A stretch of 64,000 nt of DNA from Epiperipatus broadwayi (lineage: Eukaryota; Animalia; Onychophora). Shown here piece by piece: positions 14,143 to 25,585 of the stretch (within the stretch, counting starts at the first letter, position 1; every line of letters begins with the position of its first letter). The notes under the pieces are model-generated. The model ran no database searches, had not been told where the DNA came from, and saw only the letters and a program-made list of their open reading frames with translations. The stretch is from positions 9,610,001 through 9,674,000 of the forward strand of contig JAQFVV010000007.1 in assembly GCA_028023455.1 (NCBI GenBank). The letters run 5' to 3'. The position numbers and the translations under genes are program-made.

Positions 14143-15277
14143 TCGACACATAAAAAAAACCTTGTTTTTTCAAAAGTACTTTGTACAACTCATTTTGTAT
14201 TTTTCTCCTTATTTAATTGCTTTGTACTACTAAATTTCTATTTTATTTCTTGTTTATTAAAAATCTGTATTTTTTAAAAAAAATATATAAGTAAATTTGT
14301 ATTTGCACAACTAATTTATATTTTTTATTCTGCTTGTTAAATTTTTTTAGCCGTCTATTAATTTTAATAACATTTCTAAAAAATATATACAACATATATA
14401 TTATTTTAAAATTATTACTTGGAAAATCAGTTTGTTTGTTGGTATGTTCATTTGTAAACATTTGATCATTTTTAAGTTAGAATGAAATTTAAAAAATGAA
14501 GTTTAATAGATTTAAATTCAATAAAATTGCTTGAAATTTATTATATAACTAATATCAGGTTAATTCATATGGAGCATTAATCTTTTCAGCAGGTCTGATA
14601 GTTTCTTAGATATGGAACAGAGGACAGGAAAATATTAAATATTTTGATATTTCATATTTAATAATTCTTTAGAACTTTCACTTGTTTTAAGTAAGGCTAA
14701 GAAAAGGGTGGTATAGATCTTTTCTTTCAATTCAATAACATTTTAAAGTTGAGATTTAATAAAGTGCAATAAAATTTGTTAAAATTTTGTACATTTAAAA
14801 AAGATCTCTATGACAGTGATAAGACAAATTAATATTTTAAATATGATTTAGTTTCATAGATATGGAAGAGTGGGAGAAACTTCAATGTTTTAATTAATAC
14901 TTGCGATTTTTTGGTTGCAATTGAAAACCTCATTTAAGTAATAAGAAAGTTTGTTTATAATAGTTTTGTTAAGTTTTTTATTAAAAAATTTTTTTTTTCA
15001 AATAAAAAAAAGTCAAATAATTTTAAACTGAACAATTACTTCATGAATTCTTATACATACGTAATTGTTACACATACTTACTGCAGAAATATCTGATGAT
15101 ATATACGTACATTACATGAATGAAATTGATTTAAAGTAAAATTATACATATTAAATGAAGTTCATTTACAATACAGTTTTGGTAAGCATTTTTTTTATAA
15201 ACAAAAACTTTCCGACCAAAAGCAAAAGTCTTTATTCATTTATATACACATATATTATGTGCACATAATATATGACA

Positions 15278-15820
15278 AATATAATGAGTGTGCCAATAGT
15301 TCTAAACAAGCTTTTTTTGATAAATGCTGCAAGAGAAAACATTTAAAAATCTATCTAGAATTATTCCTATCCCCAAACCAATTTTGAAATGATGGCGCTA
15401 GGACATTCAAACATTAGATCTAAAATACAAACTCAAGCCCAACATTTATCAAATACTACTATTAAGTAGAAAATCTGAACTTTTCAGATATCTGTCTTCA
15501 AATCCAATTATCAAGCTTAAATAGCTATATGGGAATGGATAAAATTCAGATCCACCATATATTAATAGCCTTAGCAATATAACATTGCCAAAGCCTCTAA
15601 AGGCAAACTATAATAAGGAAATCAAGTCATACATCACATGACTTAGTTTAATGAGCTTGTATTTACAAATGTAAATATAATGAGCATGTTAATAGCTCTA
15701 TTCAAGCTTTTTTCTCCTGATAAATGCCGCAACAGAAAGCATTTAAAAATCTCTATCTAGAATTATCCCTAACCCCAAACTGGTTTCGAGCTGATGGCTC
15801 TCGTTACTGAGGCACTAGGA
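15278..15820 (-). repeat. ~410-bp tandem repeat family with hammerhead remnant (left arm, interrupted by hAT)
   Basis: About 1.3 units, the reverse complement of the units at 19306-20294. Minus strand 15812-15773 reads CCTCA-GTAACGA-GAGC-CATCA-GCTC-GAAAC-CA-GTT-TGGGG. Confidence 0.8.
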
Positions 15821-18800
15821 CAGCGGTGGCGAACCTTTTTATGTGAGTGTGCCAAATATTACAATTATTTTTTTGTCCAATCTCTGGCGTGCCGAGAAAT
15901 TCTTAGGAGAAAAACGGTAAAAATTTAATTGTTATAAAATTTTATTAAATTAAGGAGTTAACTTAAAAATTCACAAAATAATTGTATACAATACATTTTG
16001 CCATATAAAAGTCAATAATAATTATAGCTTTTATTAATGAGATTTTTGTTGTACTTCAGATGCCAAATGTTGTATATTATGTTCATAAGTTGTAACTTTA
16101 AGCAATGCACATGCTGCGCTGGATTCATCAGTCAGCTTATTTCTATAACTATCTTTTATAGTTTATTTCAGAAAATAATGACTTGCAAGCATAAGTTGAG
16201 GAGAAAATAGACTGTACAGCAGTTGCTAGTTTTTTTTAAACAGTTATAGGTTTTGTTATTTTCAATTGTGTCCAAAAACCAATCATTTTCAATTGCTAGA
16301 CTGAAATTCAATTAATTGCATTGCTAAATCTTCCATGTGGAGTCATTCAAAAATCTCTATATTGAGTTTATCTAATCCAATGATATCAGGACATAAAATA
16401 AATTTTGATGTTTCTGAAAATTGCCTGAAATCTTGAAACCTTAAAAAAAAATTTATTGTTTATCACCTGAATTACTGCAGAAAATTCTTATGTTATTTTA
16501 ATTTGATCTGGTTTTTCATGAGTTTTTATATCTAAAAATTTTTTGTATTTGAGAAATACCTAAATGTGTTAGAAATAACATCACGGTTGAAAACTTGCAA
16601 TTTAACTGCAAATGCTTCAATTAAATCGAACATAACAATAACTGTCTTATTAATACCTTGCAACTTAACATTTAATTCACTCAAAATGTGAGCATAAGTC
16701 AGTGAAAAACATTAATTTGCAAAGCCATTCGACATCCAGTAACCGACTATATTTTTCCATAATTTTTTCATTATGAAAAAAAGTCTAATTTCATCTAAAC
16801 AGTCAATGAATCTTTGGAGAACGTTTCCGCAACTTAACCATCGAACATTGTTGTACATAAGTAAACCATTATAGATTGAGTTTACCTCATGCAGTAATTC
16901 CAAAAATTTTCTTTTATTTAAAGTGCACCCAGATATAAAATTTACCACTTTTGTTACAACACTCATATCTTCCAGAGACTTGAAACTAGTCTTGGCTCAT
17001 AAAACCTGCTGGTGTAAAATAAAGTAAAAGCAAGAACTGAATGTTCAAGTTGTTTGCTGAATAAATTGAGGAAAACATTTTCCTTTCCAATCATACTACA
17101 AGCACCATCAGTAGTAATTGATACAATTTTGTTTAAATCAATTTTTTTTCCTTAAGTGCATTTACAACTGCGTTGCAAATATCCACCCCTTTTGTTGTTG
17201 TTGCTAACAATGTTATATTAATCAATTCCTCTTTAATATGATTCCCACCACAATAACGAATGAAAATTGCTAAACGAGCTGATCCAGTTATGTCACTACT
17301 TTCATCAAGACAGAGAGACACAAAGTCAGAAGAATTTATATCCGTTTTTTGCTGATAAGTTATATTTTTACCCATGTTCAGAATTCTGTCTTTTATAATG
17401 TTCCTAGCCAAAGGCAAATCCTTTATTCTCTGAATAATCTTTTCCTTGTTTTCAAAGTCTTCAAAAAAAACAGGTGCGCATTTGGTTTTCCACATTTAGC
17501 AATGTGGGCTGTAAGATGTTCATTAATTTTCGATAACAAGAAATATAATTGGATTAAAAAACTAGAAGATGATTGGGATAAATACTATTATCAATGTATA
17601 AAATATCTGCCAAAAAAAAAAAAACAAATTGAAAAAAGATGGGGTGGATTTTTCCCTACTGTATGTAAAATATGGAAGTGTTTATTATTTAAAAAATATT
17701 TGGTAGTTATCTTGTAAGGTAGAAAAAAAGAAAAAAATGTTTTTTGTTAATATTTAAATATTTGTTTTTATTTTTTATTTTTCTGTTAATAAAGTTATTG
17801 TACTTAAAAAAAAACTAGAAGCGTTTATTATGTTTTCCTGAAGGTTTGCAATGATGGTGTTCTAATTGTATTTTTATATTGGACTATTACCATCATCTAA
17901 TATGCATATTGAATGTCTTTAGAAAAAATTAACTTTATTTAATATAATTCAGCGAAGTTTTTATTTATATGTAAATTGTTAATTTTAATAATTATATATA
18001 TATATAAAATAAAAACGATTTGTATATGATGGCATTATTTAAGTAATTGCAAACAAACTAGTAAGTAAACAGGACTAACTTGTTTGATGTGCTATCACTA
18101 TCAGTTGAATAACGTTAAATTTTTCTAAAGACATTCAATACGCATATTAGATGATGGAAATAGTCCAATATAAAAATACAACTAGAAGCGGTTATAGTTG
18201 AAGAACTGCTGATAAATTTTATTAGGGATGCTGAGTGCATATTCTTGATTTTAACTGCCTGAGCAATAAATTCCATTTGTTCTTCCTTGTGTTTCTCAAG
18301 GAGCAGCTCATAATTTGTTTCATAATGCCGTTTTATTGAATATCCTGCATACAACTATCCCAGAACATAAAACGCACACCGCTTTATTTCCTTTATTAAT
18401 CATCCCATACTCTTGAGTCCATCAACTTTGGAATTCTCAGCTGCTTGTTTTTAATAGTAGTTTTTGTTTATTTTCACTAGCCATGTTGAACAAAAACAAA
18501 AAATTTACAAAAATTGATAACGAAAATATTTCTTTAAATATTTCAAAAATCTTCGCTTTAATGTATGTTTAAATTAATTACCTTTAAAATTCAACTACAA
18601 AGCAATATTATTACACAGTGCATAGGCACAATATTATTATTCTTGTCACAACCAAATTTCAAACTCAACTTAGTACTCTGCACACCCTCTATCTGTATTG
18701 ACAGGTCCCACTCGTCGTATCACAAAGTATAGTCAGGACAAGAAATAAGCAAATTTAGAGGACGTTCAATTAATAACCACAAAGCTGAGAGATTATTATA

Positions 18801-19185
18801 AATATAAAACTTATGAAAGAATGATTTGATGCACGAGAATTAAAGAACAAAAATTGGAGCAACTTGTTAAATTACAAACAAAATACCAATTAAAAAAAAC
18901 TTGTCACATAACATAATTTATGTACTTGCCATGCGAATTTTCGGTCTCATTTTCTGCGAAGGTGTTCTTTGTCTGCACAAATTTCTCCCCCTTTGAATAC
19001 ATTTGGAAATTTTTGTTCAGCCATTTGTTCAAATTTAATATTCTATGGCTAGATAGCGCCTTGAATTTTTGAAATCTTGTATTTTTTGTTGTAAAATGAG
19101 GATACAATTTGAAAATTGATAACGTGGCAGAAAATTTTTCATACGTGCCACCTATGACACGCGTGCCATAGATTCTCCACAGCTG
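15821..19185 (-). mobile_element. hAT DNA transposon (Buster/Charlie type), decayed transposase
   Basis: TIRs CAGCGGTGGCGAACCT / CAGCTGTGGAGAATCT (13/16). 8-bp TSD CACTAGGA (15813-15820) / CACTAGAA (19186-19193) with the central TA typical of Buster elements. Internal transposase remnants. Confidence 0.9.
15990..18484 (-). pseudogene. hAT transposase remnants (GTF2IRD2/EPM2AIP1-like family)
   Basis: ATG at 18484, BED-finger-like AVCVLCSGIVVC...KRHYETN, catalytic SLCLDESSD (ORF 17133-17495) and NVRWLSCGNVLQRF (ORF 16712-16966). Frameshifts, stops and an insertion at ~17560-18185. Confidence 0.85.
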
Positions 19186-20294
19186 CACTAGAACATTCAG
19201 ACACCAGATCTAAAATACAAACTCAAGCCCAACATTTATCAAGTACTTAACCATTAAGTAGAAAATCTGAAATTTTCAGGCATCTATGTCTTCAGATCCA
19301 GTTCAAATCAACTCAAAACTGGTTTGGGGATAGGGATAATTATAGATAGATTTTTAAAATCTTTCTCTTGTGCCATCATTCATCAGAAAAAAGCTTGTTT
19401 AGAGCTATTAGCATTCTCATTATATTTACATTTGGAAATACAAGCTTATTAAATTAAGACACATGTATGACGTGATCTCTTTACTATTATAGTTTGCCTT
19501 TTGAGGTTTTGGTGATATTATATTGATAAGACTATTAATATATGGTGGATCTGAATTTTGTTGTCCCATATAGCTATTTAATTTAGATAGCTAATATAGG
19601 TGTCTGAAAATGTCAGATATTCTACTTAATTAAGTATTCGATGAATGCTGGGCTTGAGTTTGTGTTTTAGATCTAGTGTCTGAATGTTCTAGCACTTCAC
19701 TGTCATCAGCCTGAAAACAGTTTGTGAATAGAGATAATTCTAAATTTTTAAATGCTTTCTCTTGCAGCATTTATCGGGAGTAAAAAAGCTTGTTTACAGC
19801 TATTAGCACACTCATTATATTTACATTTGGAAATACAAGCTTATTAAATTAAGTCACATGATGTATGACTTGATTTCCTTAATATAGTTTGTCTTTTGAA
19901 ACTTTGGCAATGTTATATTGCTAAGGCTATTAATATATGGTGGATCTGAATTTTGTTCAGTCTCATATAGCTATATTTAAGTTAGATAGCTAGATTTGAA
20001 GAAATACAAATGTCTGAAAATTTCAGATTTTCTACTTAATAGTTAAATATTCAATAAATGCTGGGTTTGAGTTTGTATTTCAGATCTAGTGTCTGAATGT
20101 TCTAGCGCCTCACTGATGAACTCGAAACCGGTTTAGGAATAGAGATAATTCTAGATATTTTTAAATGCTTTCTCTTGCAGCATTTATTACAAAAAAAAAA
20201 AGCTTGTTTAGAACTATCAGCATGCTCATTATATCTACATTTGTAAATATAAGCTTATTAAGTCATATGATGTATGAATTGATTTCCTTACTAT
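19186..20294 (+). repeat. ~410-bp tandem repeat family with hammerhead remnant (right arm; orientation switch at ~19305)
   Basis: 19186-19305 continues the left-arm orientation. Opposite-orientation units follow at ~19310, ~19710 and ~20120. 20108-20138 reads CCTCA-CTGATGA-ACTC-GAAAC-CG-GTT-TAGGA. Confidence 0.8.
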
Positions 20295-20350
20295 AAATGA
20301 TATATACATTTTTATTTACAGTGCCAATACTAAAAAGTTAAAAATAATTA

Positions 20351-20621
20351 TTTTTTATATATTAAATGCTTTTATTTATCCTGCACTAAAAAGAAAAAAA
20401 AATTGTTTCTTTAATAATTACTAAATTTTTTAGATTTAACTTAAAATAAAGGCATGGGGAATGTCCAGAAATTAATTAAATCAATCACTATTTTTTATAA
20501 CAAGGGATTGGACATCCTCCTATGCCTTTATTTCAAGTTAACCCTAAAAATTCCAATTGTGGTTGAAGAAACTTTTTTTTCTTGTTAGTGCATGATAAAT
20601 TAAAGCATTTAATATAAAAAA
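20351..20621. mobile_element. Fold-back MITE-like palindrome
   Basis: Arms TTTTTTATAT..ATTAAATGCTTT..GCACTAA and TTAACTTAAAATAAAGGCAT..ATGCCTTTATTTCAAGTTAA are mutual reverse complements. Confidence 0.6.
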
Positions 20622-21129
20622 ATGTTAAATCCATATTATTTAATTTTAACTGCATAACACACATTAATTGACTTTATTTATAAACAAAAAAAAAAACATT
20701 CTTCCAGCTATTGGATTCACTTCTCACTTGGTATTTTCAATAATGGTTTGATGGGTCTCCCAAGTGAAAAAATATCCCTCCAGCATCTACTAAATGATTA
20801 TCCATTCAATATTGATCAGTAAATGGATATCTAAATATTCTTAGTTAAAGAGCAAAACAAAAATGGAAAACTCAACCCTAGCAATTGGCATGATTACTAG
20901 TTAATGCCTTTTCATTCACTACTCCTTATGAGAGACTATTCGAGAGGTCTTGCTTCTGAAGTGGTCTGTTTAAAGACTTACTATTACCTATCATACATTA
21001 TTTGTATTCAGCGCATATGAATTCCACTAATATTATAAAAGATCTATAAGCATTATTAAAAATGTATATATCCTGCTGAAAATCCTTAATATTTGATTTT
21101 GCAGTTAACTATTTAATTACATTTTAATG

Positions 21130-24100
21130 AGGATGACATTTTATGTAGATATCTCTAATCGTAGCTCACTTTCAAGTAAAGGAAGATTGCATACATTTAA
21201 AGAGCTAAATATTAAATGGGACATTGTCATATTTTATGAAGTGATAAGGTGAATTGATTTGAAATGTGGACATGTATTATTTTTTTTATAAAGTACATGT
21301 CCATTTTATAAAATAGTGAAAGTTGAATAGAGTAGATTCATCATAAATAAAGGATTAAAATAATAACATTGTGAGAATAATGGATCATTAAAGAGTGGCA
21401 ACATTAATCAATCAGTCAATCAACTTAATGAAAGATACCAAATATAAAATATCTCTCATTTATGTTTCAATAGGTTCATATTCTGATGAATGACTAGATT
21501 TTTGTTTGCATGTAGAGAATGCTTTTAATCAAATCAAACACTCTAAAATTATTAGAGCAAATTTTAACTCTAAAATTGAGAAACAACAGAAAGACAAAAG
21601 TACACAGGTAAATTTGAAAAAGAAAATTAAAATGAGAATGAAAATAAATTTGTACAATTTGCAGAAAAAGAAATCCCAAATGAAAATGAGTATGAAAGCA
21701 GCCAGATACTGATTAGATTTGAATTACATCTGGGCTAACATAAAATATGTATTTCAAGATTTTAATGGATTGAATAAATTCAACTTAAGAAGTAATCATT
21801 GATTAGTGAGATGTGTTAATAGAAAGCTAGAGAGACAAAAGTTATTAAGAAAAATAATAGCAATAGTTGATATTTCTAACTTTTAGAAATATTCCAATGA
21901 ATTTAAACTAGAACTTGGAAAATGCACAAGTTCCAATTTGAATCAGATCAATAAAGATTGCTGATAATCATATAAGAACTCTTTAGTATATAAAAACAAA
22001 CAAACAGAAATTCATTAGTAAATTTATGACTAAGATAAGACACTACATAAAAGAACAAAAATATATATAAAATGTTTAAAAAATGATCTAGTTAAAAAAA
22101 GCAAATACTTAGAATGTTCTAAAATGATTAATAATGATATAAAAAAAATATAACTATGAAATGGTAAAGAAAACTAAAGGGAATAAAAATTACAACAAAA
22201 CATCTTAATATTGAAAAAAAAAGTTATTATTAAAAAAATGGGGACAGTGACATCAAAAAGTGTATGCAAGAATTCTACAAAGAATTATATATCTTCTGAA
22301 TTGCCAAGTATTTTAAATAAAGTGATAAAACATATGATAAAATTTTTGAGGGGAAAAGTTCCAGGAAATGATATAATTGTTATTGATATCTTAAAAGAAG
22401 TGAAAATTAGAGAAATTATTGATAAAGTTATATGTTAAAAAAAAACTATACCAAATGATTGAGAAAATACAATAATGATGTTGATATTTTAAAATGTAAA
22501 AAGAAAAATCATAGAAAATTCCAACCTTATTCGTTCCTATCAGTGCTATAGAAGTTATTTCCAATTCATCCACAAAGAACTTTGTAATCAAACCAAAAAA
22601 AAATGATCAAACTGGATTTATAAGTGATTTTGCACAGTGAATCATATGCAAATATTCCGAGACGTTACAGAAAAAATCAATGAATATGAGTAGCAACTAT
22701 GTTTGAATTTATAATTATTAAAAAGTTTTTGATTTTACAAGTATTCTACAGTAATTAAAGCACAGGATCATCAAAAAATAGACCAGATATAGTGTCATAT
22801 TTTAAAAAATGCAATAGCAATGGTTATCTTAATAGCACTAATTGTCCATTGAAAACATGGTGAAAGATTATCATAAGGGATAGCGCTGTTGGATGCATGG
22901 AATCACATGATGAGGATTTTTAAATTACAACTATTTGAACTAGAGCAGTGGATCTCAACCTTCCTAATGCTGCAACCACTTAATACAGTTCCTTATGTTG
23001 TGGTGACCACCAACATTTAATTTTGCTACTGTTATGAATCAAAAATGTTTTCCAATGGTCTTAGGCTATCCCTGTGAAAGGGTTGTTCGACCCTCAAAGG
23101 GGCTGGCCACCAACAGGTTGACAATTGCTGAACTAGAGGATCTTTAAATTACAACTATTTGAACTAGAATATTTTTTGCAAGCTTTGTATAGACAGGTTT
23201 GATTTTAAAAAAAAAACCTATACTAAATTTAGTTTAATAAAATGAATTCAATTTCCCAATTAACAACTGTGCTAAAAATTAATGGGGAGGGGGCATACAT
23301 TTTTCAAGAGCAAAAGAATTTGCCATTACACGTTTTAAATGAACATGCCTGAAATTTCTTACCTACTTGGGGAATTCCGTTACAGCCTGTTATGTGTAAA
23401 ATTAGCAACTTAACTGTTGATCGAAAAATGTTTTTAATAAATTGAACAAAACATTAGATTTTTGTTTTGTATTTATTTCTTACATAAAAAATAGTAAATG
23501 ATAATTCTTTCTTTGCAATTTTCATTTCCAAAAAAAAAAAAAAAAATTTTTTTTAAAATGAAATGAACTATATGTATTATTCCTGTTATACAAATCTTTT
23601 CTGCCGCATTTTATTTGATAAATTTTTATATCAAAATATTATATGCTTTTTTATTTAGTTGTGTATATGTACACATTTCCCCAAAGAATAAATAGATAAA
23701 TATTGTGAATTAGGACCAATGAATATGAATTGCTATTATGCTTTGAATTTGTAGATTATAAAGAAGCATTCGATTCTATAAGTATTTCTTCAGTAATTAA
23801 AGTATTTGATCATCAAAGTATAAATGCAGGATATTGTCATATTCTGAAGAATATTTATAAAAATGCAACAGCAACAATTAGATTACATAATGATATAAAA
23901 AGATTAGCATTGAGAGAGTGATTCCATATCTCCAAAATATTTTACAGATTTTCAAGAAGTGTTTTGTAAATTGAATGGGAAGCTAAGAGAATAAAAATAA
24001 ATGGAGATTATTTAAGTTATTTAGATTTTGCAGATGATGTAGTTGTATTTTTGCAAATAACGTTTTAGAGCTTCAGGAAATGTTGTAAGAGTTATCAAAT

Positions 24101-24765
24101 GAAAGTTAAAAAGATTAAAATAATGTTCAACAGATTTTCTCAAAATAAAAATAATAAACATTGATAATGATAAGTTAGAAGAAGTTAACAACTACAAATA
24201 TATTAGTTAGATTATTATTATAGATGGAAACAATGGATAAAAAAATTCATAGAATTAAATTTGGCTGAAATGCTTTTGGTAGAAATAATTTAATATTAAA
24301 AGGAAATATGCCTATGTGTTTCAAAAGGATTTTAATAAATGTGTATTACTACTTCTTACTTATGGATCCGAGACTTGGACACTTAACATAAGAGCAATAG
24401 AGACTTCAGATCCCCCAATGAAGTAAGGTAAGATGTACGTTAGGAATAAAAAAGAAAGATTGAAAATGAAATACATGGGTGAAAGAACAAGCAAGTATTA
24501 CTGACATCACTTAAAGAATTAAGAGGCTGAAGTAGAGTTGGGATAGATATACTGTTAGAAGAAATGATAATAGATGAACAGTTGAAATCTTAAACTGGAT
24601 TCCAAAAGATTGTAAAAGAACTAGAAAGAGACATGTACGAGATGGACTATAAAATAAGGAAGTGTGCTGAGGTAATATGGAGAAGAGAAGCTAGAGATTG
24701 AAGAAGATGGCTGAACTTGGAGAGACCTTCATCCTGAAGTGGATCAATAATGGTTGAAAATGATG
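21130..24765 (+). mobile_element. Near full-length decayed RTE-clade LINE, interrupted at ~22900-23725
   Basis: APE-like remnant (GRLHTFKELNIKWDIVI ~21180), RT remnants (RGKVPGNDIIVIDILK; FVDYKEAFDSI; RFADDVV ~24025) and the RTE 3' tail at ~24720-24765. Confidence 0.8.
22946..23130. mobile_element. SPIN/URR1-like non-autonomous hAT MITE
   Basis: CAGTGGATCTCAACCTTCCTAATGCTGCAACC...GAAAGGGTTGTTCGACCCTCAAAGGGG...CAGGTTGACAATTGCTG matches the URR1/SPIN MITE consensus as I recall it. Perfect 8-bp TSD AACTAGAG (22938-22945, 23131-23138). Confidence 0.8.
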
Positions 24766-25585
24766 AAAGGCAGTATTTCATATGTCAAAACAATACGAAA
24801 ATTTCTAATTATAAGATCAAATAACATATTTGTTTTTCATATACACAATGTAATAAATTATTCCACAGCATATAACGATTTTTAAAAGTTATGATAAAAA
24901 ACTAAAGCAATTTGCTAACTAAATGATGAAATTTTAACAAAATATATATTGAATAAATTGTGATAAAAAATGTTTTAAAGTAAATATTAAGTAATATTTT
25001 AAAGAATCATCAAGTATAATTAAATGTTGCCCAAAAGGCCATCCATACTTTCTATTCTAAAAGATAAAAAAAGGTAAGTATTCTGAAAGCAGATTCATAA
25101 TGCCTGTAAATGAGAATGAGACATTATTATTTTTCATTGTAGCTTTACAAGCCAGAGTAAATTCTGTTAAGAGAAATCGGAAATAACACATTACCATGTA
25201 AAATGATATATGATAATATACTATTGAGTGATTATGTAATCCCTCTTCGGGGGAGTGGGGGTCATACATTATCTTTCATTAAATGGCTGATCTGTTAAAT
25301 ACCCCCCCCTTTAAAACCAGAAATTAAAATAAATTGCAGACATTTAATTAATGAAAAAAAAATTTTTTTTAAACAAATATTGTTTTAAAATATTATTGAT
25401 TAAAATCTTTAAATGCTTTTAATAAATACAAAAATGGAAATAAATTTTAGCCAAAGAAAGTTATAATATCTCACTATGCTTTTAATTTTAAAAATAATGC
25501 TCATCTTTAAAGGGAATGCTAAAGCTTAGGAATCTATTTTTACATACAGTATACATATATAAAATCATTTTAAAATGCTATATAC

